Positions 39,263 through 48,933 of a stretch of DNA of 64,000 nt are shown piece after piece. Made by a program: the position numbers and the translations under genes. The DNA lies in contig CAZNUK010000001.1 in NCBI GenBank assembly GCA_964576255.1, forward strand, positions 61,886-125,885, written 5' to 3'. Numbering within the stretch: the first letter of the stretch is position 1; each line of letters begins with the position of its first letter. The notes beneath the pieces are model-generated. The model saw nothing but the letters and a program-made list of their open reading frames with translations. It searched no databases and was not told the DNA's origin. The DNA comes from an uncultured Butyrivibrio sp. GTDB lineage: Bacteria; Bacillota; Clostridia; Lachnospirales; Lachnospiraceae.

Positions 39263-41461
39263 TTACCATGAAATTTTGTATTTACCATCCCAAGAATAAT
39301 GGGTTAAATCATCCGAATTAAAGTTACTTCCCCATTGACCTGTTATATAGAATGGTGATGAATTTTCGTTAGCAAAATATTGTGTCATTAGTCCATTAGG
39401 TTGACCGTAAACCCAATCATCTCCGACTAATATTGATACACTTCCTATTGATACACTTCCCCCCTCCGTATCAATCCAGTATTTCCAATCACTAACCATT
39501 CCTGAAATAAGAGTACCTCCATCGTACACTAATCGGACTTTTGTGGCTGAACCATGAACTGTTCCAGCACTCCATTCACCGTCAAAGATATACATAACAT
39601 TACCCTCTTCAAAGCTATCCATCCAATCGTAATTTCCATATACAACTAAACAACCTTTACCACTAGGAAAACCTGATGGACTCCAATCTCCAGTATAATA
39701 TCCACGAACTTCTTCTTTTTCGGCGGCTGTACTTAAGCTACTATTACCTTTATTAGACATATCAATATATGTGGTAATATACCTGTCAGTTACATATGTT
39801 TCTGCAGTTGTAGGTTCTTCTGTAGTCGGCGGCTCTGTAGGTGCCACTGTAGTCGGCGACTCTGTAGGTGCTACTGTTGTTGGTGCCTGGGTTGGCTTTG
39901 CAGTTGGCGCCTGAGTAGGAGCTTTCGTTGTAACCGCTTGAGTAGGTGCTTTTGTTGTCGGAGCCCCCGTTGTTGGCGCTGTAGTCGGCGGAGTTGTTGG
40001 CTGTGGAGTTGTTGGTTCTGTCATTCCCTCTCCTGAACTCTCTGTATCAGGCTCCGTTTCTGTGGTCATATTTTCCGTTGTTCTATTTTCCGTTGTAGAA
40101 TCTTCTGTTGTGTCATTTTCAGTTGTATCATCGCTGGCAACAGGCAATGTGTCTTCCTGCGAGATGTTATCCGTCGTGGTTAAATCATCATTTCCTACAA
40201 CTTTATCGTCTTTTCTACCATGGGAAGTAATTGCAGCTACAGCCACTGCCACAATGGCAATAACAAGAATGGCCGCAATGACAATAATACCTTTTACACT
40301 TTTAAAAAATAACAGAATAGGTGATGTTTTCTTTTCCTTGTCCTGTTCTTTATGAACACCTGTCATTTCTGCCTGAACAACTGACTCTGACATTGCAATA
40401 GTTGCACCAATTGTCCCTGCCCCAGTCACGCCTTCTGCTACTGCAACAGTTAATGGAATTTTTTCTTCTTTTTCTATTACAAAAGGCATAGGAGCAATTG
40501 TAAGCTTTGCTAAAGCCTCTTTTAATTCAAGCACGCTTTGATATCTGTCCGCAGTTTTTACAGCAAGACATTTCTCAAGAACAGACCAAAGAGCTTCGTC
40601 CACCCCATATTCCTCTGCTGTTCCAATTGATGGTTCTTCAATTCGTTCGGTTGCATCATCCGGAACTCTGCCTGTAACTGCATAGAGACAGGTGGCTCCA
40701 AGAGCATATATATCCGTCCACGCTCCCTGCCTACCCTTTCTCTGATACTGTTCAAGTGGTGCAAAGCCCTGCTTTAAAATAACTGAAAGACTCTTTGACT
40801 GCTCTGCAAGCACCTGTCTAGCCGCACCAAAATCTATAAGCTTAACCTCTCCATTCTTTTGAATGTAGATATTATCCGGAGAAATATCCCTATGTAAAAC
40901 ATTAAGACTATGTGTAATTAACAAAGCGTCTGTAATAACATTAAGTAATGTCATTATCTGCCCTTGTGAAATTTTGCCCCCATTATTCTTGATATAGGTT
41001 TTTAAATCACTGCCTTCGAGATATTCCATAACATAGTATACTGTGCTGTTTTCATAGAAAAATTCATACACACCTACTATATTTGGATTACCATTGAAGC
41101 GGGATACCGTCTTGGCCTCTTCAAAAAACTTCTCTGCTCCGGTGTTAAACGCCTCTGTCTGAGTATTGTCAGATACACTCATCTGAGTTGTTCCTGTGTC
41201 TCTATGAGCAATGCCGTTAGGGTAATATTCCTTAATTGCGACAACCTTTTCCAGCTGTACATCATACGCCTTATAAGTAATTCCAAATCCACCCTTGCCA
41301 AGAACCTTACCAATATGGTATTTCTGTTTCAGAACAGTTCCAACTGGTAATACGCCTACGTCAGGACGATATTTTAACTTTTTATATCCACATTTTTCAC
41401 ATGGTTCATTTTTGATTTCTGCGAAACAATTATCGCAAAGCTTCTTTCCTTTAATATTCAT
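39263..41461 (-). CDS. receptor-type Hanks Ser/Thr kinase 1 (Zn ribbon-kinase-TM-Thr/Pro stalk-MORN-like tip)
   Basis: CDNC..CEKC, LGKGGFG, AIKEY, HRDISPDN, DFG, APLEQ, DIYALG. Confidence 0.93.
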   Translation of the reverse strand: MNIKGKKLCDNCFAEIKNEPCEKCGYKKLKYRPDVGVLPVGTVLKQKYHIGKVLGKGGFGITYKAYDVQLEKVVAIKEYYPNGIAHRDTGTTQMSVSDNTQTEAFNTGAEKFFEEAKTVSRFNGNPNIVGVYEFFYENSTVYYVMEYLEGSDLKTYIKNNGGKISQGQIMTLLNVITDALLITHSLNVLHRDISPDNIYIQKNGEVKLIDFGAARQVLAEQSKSLSVILKQGFAPLEQYQRKGRQGAWTDIYALGATCLYAVTGRVPDDATERIEEPSIGTAEEYGVDEALWSVLEKCLAVKTADRYQSVLELKEALAKLTIAPMPFVIEKEEKIPLTVAVAEGVTGAGTIGATIAMSESVVQAEMTGVHKEQDKEKKTSPILLFFKSVKGIIVIAAILVIAIVAVAVAAITSHGRKDDKVVGNDDLTTTDNISQEDTLPVASDDTTENDTTEDSTTENRTTENMTTETEPDTESSGEGMTEPTTPQPTTPPTTAPTTGAPTTKAPTQAVTTKAPTQAPTAKPTQAPTTVAPTESPTTVAPTEPPTTEEPTTAETYVTDRYITTYIDMSNKGNSSLSTAAEKEEVRGYYTGDWSPSGFPSGKGCLVVYGNYDWMDSFEEGNVMYIFDGEWSAGTVHGSATKVRLVYDGGTLISGMVSDWKYWIDTEGGSVSIGSVSILVGDDWVYGQPNGLMTQYFANENSSPFYITGQWGSNFNSDDLTHYSWDGKYKISW

Positions 41462-41500
41462 AGACACCACCTTTTTATCAAAAGTACTCTTATGAATATA

Positions 41501-41529
41501 ATTATACCACAAACTTCCATTTTGGACAA
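41501..41529 (-). promoter_or_regulatory. shared promoter/operator copy 2
   Basis: TTGTCCAAAATGGAAGTTTGTGGTATAAT (17-bp spacer, extended -10). Confidence 0.7.
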
Positions 41530-41636
41530 TTTTATTTGCATACGTATTAAAAGAATTAAGCCCAGAGAGCTACACTCTCTGGACTTAACTTGTCTACCAT
41601 CTGAGATATAAAGTATTATTACTCTACGTCATTTTG

Positions 41637-42494
41637 TTACTTTTCAGATTTTAATTTGGCATTTTCCTCAAGAAGTCGTGCTATTATCTCATCCTTCTCA
41701 GCTATCTTGCGATCTTTTTCTGACAGTTCCTGGCCTAAGCCTTCTATTCGCTGCTCTTTTTCTGATATTTCGCGCTCCAGCTTTGCCATATCCTTCTCTG
41801 CCTGCTCTGCCGTATACTCCAAAATCATTCCCACAACCTCATTTCTCCTCTTTGCGAAAAATTCAGCCAAAACATTATTCTCTATGCAGTAATTGATTGC
41901 CTTATTTGCCGCCTCTGCTTTGGTCAAGTTCCTTTCTCTATTATATTCTCGAAACTTTTCATTGTAAAGACTGTACCCCCGTAAAACTTCACATTCTTCT
42001 AAGAGTTTTCGATTATGATTGTAGTTAATATTAAGCATTGTGACAGTTAGCTCTAAATCCCCTTTTACATTCTTATTTTCAAAAGCATCTGACAGTTTCA
42101 AACATGTCTTGTCCGGAAATTCCCGTTCTCCATTGTAAAACACTACAAATTTAGGAGTGGGAATTTTAATAAGCGCTGACCCATATATATTGGCACCAAT
42201 GTTGTTAATAAAGTGCTCATACGAATCTGATATGTAAAACAGACTTCGTAATGGCATATTTGGATTATATGTGGACTGATGCTCATAAAGACTGATTACA
42301 TTTTCAAGAATAAATGACACATCATTTTTGATGTTGATAAACACCACATTTTCCAAGGTTGTGATATTAATCTCTTCCGGGTCAGAATAGTTGGAATTGT
42401 TAAGAGCATTATACACCTGTAAGGCGTACTCCTTGTGTGAGAGCATATAACTAAAAAGTGAGCTTTTATACTCTCTGTTGATTTTATTTGCCAT
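41637..42494 (-). CDS. Rpn-like PD-(D/E)XK nuclease / putative transposase (copy B)
   Basis: KNDVSF, LYEHQST.NPNMPLR, PKFVVFYNG, LSDAF; coiled-coil tail. Confidence 0.8.
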   Translation of the reverse strand: MANKINREYKSSLFSYMLSHKEYALQVYNALNNSNYSDPEEINITTLENVVFINIKNDVSFILENVISLYEHQSTYNPNMPLRSLFYISDSYEHFINNIGANIYGSALIKIPTPKFVVFYNGEREFPDKTCLKLSDAFENKNVKGDLELTVTMLNINYNHNRKLLEECEVLRGYSLYNEKFREYNRERNLTKAEAANKAINYCIENNVLAEFFAKRRNEVVGMILEYTAEQAEKDMAKLEREISEKEQRIEGLGQELSEKDRKIAEKDEIIARLLEENAKLKSEK

Positions 42495-42659
42495 AAGCGT
42501 TTCTCCTTAAAATTAATAATTTTAAAGCGAAAAGGTTGATACTAGAATACTCTTAGCTGTGGCAAATATCAACATGAAAAACCACTGAAATTTTACAAAA
42601 AATTCTCGATAAAATTCAGCGGTTTTCACGTGTCAGGTTTTACGATTTATTTTATTAAG

Positions 42660-44882
42660 CTAATGTGCAGAAGGAAGTACATACAGCCAATTCCATAATT
42701 GTTTACTTGAATTATCGTATGAACCATTTATTGCAGTACAATAATATGGTATGCCTCCTACCTCCGCATAATATACTTCCATACTATTGCTTGGTTGTCC
42801 CATTGTCCAGGTTCCAGTAATAATCTGTATATTTTCTGCGCCAGAAAACCCATCATATTTTGGTATACCAACTTCTTGAACATATTCTTTCCAATACATA
42901 GTATAAACCGTAGGAGCAACCTTAGAAGACTGACAATTCAAAGTTAACCTCGTACCATTTCCATCAAAACATCCATAATACCAAGTTCCGTCCAAAATAT
43001 AATAAGTTGTGAAGTCATATGTACACGCACTATTCTCCTTCAAAATAAAATATCCGTTTCCATTAGGTTCTCCATTTTCCCACTCACCTGTATAATAACC
43101 ACCATACCAACCTGCATAAGTACTAGCATAATAACTATCAGCTATAAAATCCGCATACACCGAGCAGTACCTATTCGTCACATATGTCTCTTCTGTTGTG
43201 GGCTCCTCCGTTGGCGCTACTGTTGTTGGTGCCACTGTTGTTGGTGCCACTGTTGTTTGTGCTGTTGTCGTAGGTGCAACTGTTGTTGGTGTCTGGGTTG
43301 GCTTTGCAGTTGGTGCTTGAGTCGGAGCTTTCGTTGTAACCGCTTGAGTAGGTGCTTTTGTTGTCGGAGCCCCCGTTGTTGGCGCTGTAGTCGGCGGAGT
43401 TGTTGGCTGTGGAGTTGTTGGTTCTGTCATTCCCTCTCCTGAACTCTCTGTATCAGGCTCCGTTTCTGTGGTCATATTTTCCGTTGTTCTATTTTCCGTT
43501 GTAGAATCTTCTGTTGTGTCATTCTCAGTTGTGTTATCACTGGCAATAGGTAATGTATCTTCCTGTGAAATATTATCCGTTGTGGTCAAATCATCATTTC
43601 CCACAACTTTATCGTCTTTTCTACCGTGGGAAGTAATTGCAGCTACAGCCACAGCCACAATGGCAATAACAAGAATGGCCGCAATAACAATAATACCTTT
43701 TACACTCTTAAAAAATAACAGAATAGGGGAGGGTTTCTTTTCCTCATCATCCTGCTCTGTGTTCGTTTCATTATTTCCAGTCATTGCTCCCTGCACCGAG
43801 CTTGCATCAACCGCCACAGTAGCTCCTATTGCCCCGGCTTCGGTGGTTACATTTCCTGCCACCGCAACTGTTAATGGAATGTTTTCTTCTTTTTCCATTA
43901 CAAAAGGTACTGGAGCAATCGTAAGCTTTGCCAAAGCCTCTTTTAATTCAAGCACACTTTGATATCTATCCGCAGTTCTTACAGCCAGACATTTCTCAAG
44001 AACACTCCAAAGTGCCTCATCTACCCCATATTCCTCTGCTGTTCCAATTGATGACTCTTCAATTCGTTCAGTTGCATCATCCGGAACTTTGGCTGTAACT
44101 GCATATAGACAAGTTGCTCCAAGGGCATATATATCCGTCCACGCTCCCTGCCTACCCTTTCTCTGATACTGTTCAAGTGGTGCAAAGCCTTGCTTTAGGA
44201 TTACAGAAAGACTCTTTGACTGCTCTGCAAGTACCTGCCTAGCCGCACCAAAATCTATAAGCTTGACGTCACCATTTTTTTGAATATAGATATTGTCCGG
44301 TGAAATATCCCTATGTAAAACATTGAGACTATGTGTAATTAACAAAGCATCTGTAATCACGTTAAGCAGAGTCACTACTTGTCCCTGCGAAATTCTGCCA
44401 CCGTTATTCTTGATATAGGTTTTCAAATCACAGCCTTCAAGATATTCCATAACATAATACACAGTGCTGTTTTCATAGAAAAATTCATATACTCCTACTA
44501 TGTTAGGATTTCCGTTGAAACGAGAAACCGTCTTAGCTTCTTCAAAAAATTTCTCTGCTCCTGTATTAAATGACTCTGTCTGAGTACTGTCTACAACAGA
44601 TAACTGGGTAGTACCCGTATCTCTGTGAGCAATTCCATTAGGATAATACTCTTTAATCGCAACAACCTTCTCATGCAATGTATCATATGCTTTGTAGGTT
44701 ATTCCGAAGCCTCCCCTGCCAAGAACTTTTCCGATGTGATATCTCTGTTTAAGTACCGTTCCGACCACAAGAACACCTATTTCTTGCTTATATTTTGACT
44801 TTTTATAGCCACATTTTTCACATGGTTCATTTTTGATTTCTGCAAAACAGTTATCACATAGTTTCTTTCCTTTAATATTCAT
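42660..44882 (-). CDS. receptor-type Hanks Ser/Thr kinase 2 (paralog of kinase 1)
   Basis: Same motifs; near-identical to kinase 1 up to the stalk, divergent C-terminal ~175 aa. Confidence 0.93.
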   Translation of the reverse strand: MNIKGKKLCDNCFAEIKNEPCEKCGYKKSKYKQEIGVLVVGTVLKQRYHIGKVLGRGGFGITYKAYDTLHEKVVAIKEYYPNGIAHRDTGTTQLSVVDSTQTESFNTGAEKFFEEAKTVSRFNGNPNIVGVYEFFYENSTVYYVMEYLEGCDLKTYIKNNGGRISQGQVVTLLNVITDALLITHSLNVLHRDISPDNIYIQKNGDVKLIDFGAARQVLAEQSKSLSVILKQGFAPLEQYQRKGRQGAWTDIYALGATCLYAVTAKVPDDATERIEESSIGTAEEYGVDEALWSVLEKCLAVRTADRYQSVLELKEALAKLTIAPVPFVMEKEENIPLTVAVAGNVTTEAGAIGATVAVDASSVQGAMTGNNETNTEQDDEEKKPSPILLFFKSVKGIIVIAAILVIAIVAVAVAAITSHGRKDDKVVGNDDLTTTDNISQEDTLPIASDNTTENDTTEDSTTENRTTENMTTETEPDTESSGEGMTEPTTPQPTTPPTTAPTTGAPTTKAPTQAVTTKAPTQAPTAKPTQTPTTVAPTTTAQTTVAPTTVAPTTVAPTEEPTTEETYVTNRYCSVYADFIADSYYASTYAGWYGGYYTGEWENGEPNGNGYFILKENSACTYDFTTYYILDGTWYYGCFDGNGTRLTLNCQSSKVAPTVYTMYWKEYVQEVGIPKYDGFSGAENIQIITGTWTMGQPSNSMEVYYAEVGGIPYYCTAINGSYDNSSKQLWNWLYVLPSAH

Positions 44883-44921
44883 AGGCACCACCTTTTTATC
44901 AAAAGTACTGTTATGAATATA

Positions 44922-44950
44922 ATTATACCACAAACTTCCATTTTGGACAG
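44922..44950 (-). promoter_or_regulatory. shared promoter/operator copy 3
   Basis: CTGTCCAAAATGGAAGTTTGTGGTATAAT. Confidence 0.7.
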
Positions 44951-45056
44951 TTTTATTTACTTACGGAGTAATAAATTAAGTCCAGAGAGATACACTCTCT
45001 GGACTCAACTTGTCTACCATCTGAGATGAAAAGTATTATTACCCTACGTCGTTTTG

Positions 45057-45375
45057 TTATTTTGCAGATTTTAATCTGGCATTTTCCTCAAGAAGTCGTG
45101 CTATTATCTCATCATTCTCAGCTATCTTGCGATCTTTTTCTGACAGCTCCTGTCCCAAGCCTTCTATCCGCTGCTCTTTTTCTGATATTTCGCGCTCCAG
45201 CTTTGCCATATCCTTCTCTGCCTGCTCTGCCGTATACTCCAAAATCATTCCCACAACCTCATTTCTCCTCTTTGCGAAAAATTCAGCCAAAACATTATTC
45301 TCTATGCAGTAATTGATTGCCTTATTTGCCGCCTCTGCTTTGGTCAAGTTCCTCTCTGTTGATTTTATTTGCCAT
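45057..45375 (-). pseudogene. internally deleted rpn (copy C); 3' mini-ORF 45057..45248 intact
   Basis: First 8 codons and last ~295 nt match copy B; 539-bp frameshifting deletion at about 45352. Confidence 0.88.
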
Positions 45376-45570
45376 AAGTATATCCTCCTTAAGATTTGTA
45401 TTACGCCCTCGCGAAGGAAAAATATTGCATGCAACCGATATCTTAATAACAAGCTTACGCCCTTATTAAGCTCCTTTCAATGGCAAAAATCACTGAATTT
45501 TGTATGAAAATTTCTGTAATTATTTAGTGTCAACTTTTGCACTTAATTTTATTAAGTAAAAAGGAACAAA

Positions 45571-45725
45571 GAGTCCGCTTGCGGACTCTCGCGCCGAGCG
45601 CGGTTGCGTTAGCAACAACTTCCTTGCACGCGCGAGTGCGCATCCATAGCGGAGCGATTTTTTATTCTAGAGGAAATGCCTTTCACACTTTAGTGTGACA
45701 CGGTATTTCCTCTAGAATAAAAAAA
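45571..45725. repeat. GC-rich multi-hairpin intergenic element
   Basis: GAGTCCGC-TT-GCGGACTC; GTTGC-GTTA-GCAAC; CTCGCG/CGCGAG; long TTTTTATTCTAGAGGAAAT...ATTTCCTCTAGAATAAAAA stem. Confidence 0.65.
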
Positions 45726-45762
45726 TCCCGGGAACTTTCGTTCCCGGAACTAAAAATCTTAA

Positions 45763-47109
45763 TTATAATCTCTTCAAAAGCTCTTCTCTTTCCTTCTCAA
45801 ATCCAGGCTTTCCAAGAAGTGAAAACATTTTCTTCTTGTAGCTCTCAACACCCGGCTGATCAAATGGATTAACACCAAGAATATAACCACTTACACCACA
45901 TGCGAACTCATAGAAGTAGAATAACTCACCAAGGTAGAACTCATTCTGCTCAGGAATGTTAACCATAAGGTTCGGAACATTTCCATCTGTATGTGCAAGA
46001 ACTACACCATTCATAGCACTCTTGTTAATAAAGTCAATGCTCTTACCTGCAAGGTAGTTAAGTCCATCAGTATCAACTGATTCATGACCCATAATTAATT
46101 CTACAGTAGGAGTCTCAACATTCATAACGGTCTCAAACATAATTCTTGCGCCATCCTGAATGAACTGTCCAAGAGAATGAAGGTCCGTTGTAAAATCACA
46201 GGCAGCTGGGAAAATTCCCTTGTTATCCTTGCCCTCGCTCTCTCCGAAAAGCTGTTTCCACCACTCTGAAATATAGTGGAGGCTTGGCTCGTAGTTAGCT
46301 ACGATTTCTACATTCTTGCCCTTTCTTAAGAGGCAATTTCTAACTGCTGCATATAAAAGTGCATCATTTTCTTCAAAATCAGCCTCAAGAGCCATCTTTC
46401 TTCCTGCTGCTGCACCTTCCATAAGCTTATCAATATCTGCACCGCTTACTGCGATTGGAAGGAGTCCTACTGCTGTAAGAACTGAGAATCTTCCACCAAC
46501 ATCATCAGGTACTACGAAGGTCTCATAACCCTCTTCGTTAGCAAGGTTCTTAAGAGCTCCTCTAGCCTTGTCAGTAGTAGCATAAATTCTCTTAACAGCC
46601 TCGTCATGTCCATACTTCTTCTCAAGCATTTCCTTAAATACACGAAATGCAATAGCAGGCTCTGTTGTGGTTCCTGACTTAGAAATCATATTGATAGAGA
46701 AATCTCTGTTACCGATAACATCAATAAGACCTGCAATATAAGTACTGCTGATGTTATTACCAACATAGTAAATCTCTGGAGTCTTTCTCTGATCCTTAGA
46801 AATATTGTTATAAAAACCATGTCTTAAGAATTCAATTGCAGCTCTCGCTCCAAGATAAGAACCACCGATTCCGATTACAAGTAATACATCAGAATCCTCC
46901 TGAATCTTCTTAGCCGCTTTCTTAATTCTGTCAAATTCTTCTTTATCGTAAGCTACAGGAAGGTCAATCCAGCCAAGGAAATCATTTCCTGCTCCGGTTC
47001 TGGATAAAAGCTGTTCCTTAGCATCTAATGCAAGTTTCTTCATATACTCCATCTCGTGAGCACTCACAAATGAAGCTGCCTTTGAATAGTCAAATGTAAT
47101 CTTTCCCAT
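45763..47109 (-). CDS. pgi: glucose-6-phosphate isomerase
   Basis: [37 protein letters not shown]. Confidence 0.97.
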   Translation of the reverse strand: MGKITFDYSKAASFVSAHEMEYMKKLALDAKEQLLSRTGAGNDFLGWIDLPVAYDKEEFDRIKKAAKKIQEDSDVLLVIGIGGSYLGARAAIEFLRHGFYNNISKDQRKTPEIYYVGNNISSTYIAGLIDVIGNRDFSINMISKSGTTTEPAIAFRVFKEMLEKKYGHDEAVKRIYATTDKARGALKNLANEEGYETFVVPDDVGGRFSVLTAVGLLPIAVSGADIDKLMEGAAAGRKMALEADFEENDALLYAAVRNCLLRKGKNVEIVANYEPSLHYISEWWKQLFGESEGKDNKGIFPAACDFTTDLHSLGQFIQDGARIMFETVMNVETPTVELIMGHESVDTDGLNYLAGKSIDFINKSAMNGVVLAHTDGNVPNLMVNIPEQNEFYLGELFYFYEFACGVSGYILGVNPFDQPGVESYKKKMFSLLGKPGFEKEREELLKRL

Positions 47110-47175
47110 TTTCCCAATTCTCCTTTGTCAAATTTTTCAAATTCTTTTTAATTATAGAATATTCAATAAATTTTA

Positions 47176-47775
47176 TCAACCTAAATATTCACGCAAAATT
47201 TCGTCAATTAGTTTTCGCTCATCCACAGTTACAGTCTGGGCTTTATTTGTCTGAGGTTCCGTTACTGAATCCTCCGACACAGCGCTTTCAGCTTCCATAG
47301 TAGCCGCAGGATAAAATCTGTTTTCAAAATAGTCCACTATATTAAGGGTAATTCTCTTTTTTTTATCAGAAATATCCAGTAGTCTTAAGGTTCCGGATAA
47401 AATATACATTGCAAGAAATCCACATAAGAGGTATTCCATGGCATAATTTTTATCCATAAGTGCCCCACACACTCCGCACACCACACACAACCCCGACATA
47501 ATTCCTGCCAGCTTCTCATATGCGTAAATACTCATACCTCTGTGCTTATATTTTTCAAGGTACTTTGTGGCAAAAGCCTCCGTGTTATTAATTTCATGAC
47601 CAATTTTGATACAGTTTTCATATCTAAGCTTCATCTGCTTAAAAAATGTTTCAGTAGAGTCTTCGAATCGCTCCGTTTCCTCAAGTAGCTCTATTGTAAT
47701 TTTTCTCAAAATATTGTTAACAGAAATTCCGGCCAAAAAAGCAACTCCAGTAAGTATAAAAAAATACATATGCAT
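47176..47775 (-). CDS. hypothetical membrane protein
   Basis: GGAGG RBS; 3 TM; C-terminal IDEILREYL. Confidence 0.7.
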   Translation of the reverse strand: MHMYFFILTGVAFLAGISVNNILRKITIELLEETERFEDSTETFFKQMKLRYENCIKIGHEINNTEAFATKYLEKYKHRGMSIYAYEKLAGIMSGLCVVCGVCGALMDKNYAMEYLLCGFLAMYILSGTLRLLDISDKKKRITLNIVDYFENRFYPAATMEAESAVSEDSVTEPQTNKAQTVTVDERKLIDEILREYLG

Positions 47776-47861
47776 CCTCCTTATGCTGTTCTTATCTGAA
47801 TCATAACCATAAGGAAGTCAGGATGAAACATCATTTCATCGAAAAAACTTTACAAAAAATC

Positions 47862-48554
47862 CTAAATTCTGTTAAGCATCTCACACAACATTGCAACCGA
47901 ATTATCAATTGCTTTTTTCTCAAATTCACCATAATCCATTGACGCACTATCATCAGCCTTATCAGAAATCGCTCTTATGATAAGAAAAGGAATATTGTTA
48001 AGGAATGCCGCCTGAGCAATAGCTGCTCCCTCCATCTCTGTACAAAAACCGGCAAACAGATTAATTAATCTTTCTTTAACCGCCTTGTCAGTAATGAACT
48101 GGTCACCGCTTACGACTCTACCTTTAAATACACCAATTTTCGGTACCGCCACCTTGCAGGCTTCCTCTGCAACCTGAATAAGCTTTTTATCTGCCTCAAA
48201 AATAGAAGTCTTCATTCTTGGAATCATGCCCGGCTCATATCCAAAGCCTGTTGCGTCCATATCATGTTGCAAAGCATCTGTAGAAATAACCACATCTCCA
48301 ATATTAATTTCATTTTTAAGGGAGCCTGCCACTCCTGTATTAATAACAGTATCCACTTTAAAATATGTAGCAAGAATCTGCGTACACATTGCTGCATTAA
48401 CTTTTCCAATTCCACTTCTGACTACAACAATTTCCTTGCTACCGATTAAACCCTTGTTAAATACCATTCCGGCAATTTCTGTCTTATCTATTTCTGTCAT
48501 TTTCTGAACAAGCTGACTAACCTCTTCTTCCATTGCTCCAATAATACCAATCAT
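47862..48554 (-). CDS. mtnN: 5'-methylthioadenosine/S-adenosylhomocysteine nucleosidase
   Basis: IGIIGAMEEE, SGIGKVNAA, NTGVAG, SGDQF, EMEGAA, RAISD. Confidence 0.95.
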   Translation of the reverse strand: MIGIIGAMEEEVSQLVQKMTEIDKTEIAGMVFNKGLIGSKEIVVVRSGIGKVNAAMCTQILATYFKVDTVINTGVAGSLKNEINIGDVVISTDALQHDMDATGFGYEPGMIPRMKTSIFEADKKLIQVAEEACKVAVPKIGVFKGRVVSGDQFITDKAVKERLINLFAGFCTEMEGAAIAQAAFLNNIPFLIIRAISDKADDSASMDYGEFEKKAIDNSVAMLCEMLNRI

Positions 48555-48649
48555 TATTAATTCCTCCAAAATTTTATGGAATGATTATACCACTTTTTTA
48601 TGTATTGTGCTATAATAAGCTGATTAGAATGTAATATGGAGGATTTAAC

Positions 48650-48898
48650 ATGAATACATTTACCACTACCGGCACTTGCTCACGTGCCATTAATTTTGAA
48701 ATTGAGGGAGAGATAATTAAACATGTTGAATTTATTGGCGGATGCTCCGGTAACACTCAGGGTGTTGCCCGCTTAGTTGAAGGTATGAATATTAACGACG
48801 CAATTAAAAAAATCGAAGGAATCAAATGCGGACCTCGACCAACCTCCTGCCCTGACCAGCTTGCAAAGGCACTTAAGGGATACCTTAACAACCAGTAA
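48650..48898 (+). CDS. TSCPD-domain protein (TIGR03905-like)
   Basis: GTCS, GGCSGN, GIKC..RPTSCPDQ. Confidence 0.9.
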   Translation: MNTFTTTGTCSRAINFEIEGEIIKHVEFIGGCSGNTQGVARLVEGMNINDAIKKIEGIKCGPRPTSCPDQLAKALKGYLNNQ

Positions 48899-48933
48899 TA
48901 AGTAATTTTACTTAATTGAAAGGACACGGATAT

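Noticed and set aside
41462..41512. Shared MWYN... N-termini on ORFs starting at 38903, 41512 and 44933 as a protein motif
   Set aside because: They are translations of the shared TTGTGGTATAAT promoter; the real starts lie downstream behind RBSs.
39263..43200. Variable kinase C-termini as diversity-generating retroelement targets
   Set aside because: No reverse transcriptase or template repeat in the window; differences include indels and are not adenine-specific.
45376..45452. N-terminal extension of the 131-aa ORF 45057..45452
   Set aside because: Artefact of the deletion frameshift; this stretch is the rpn leader and the original ATG is at 45375.
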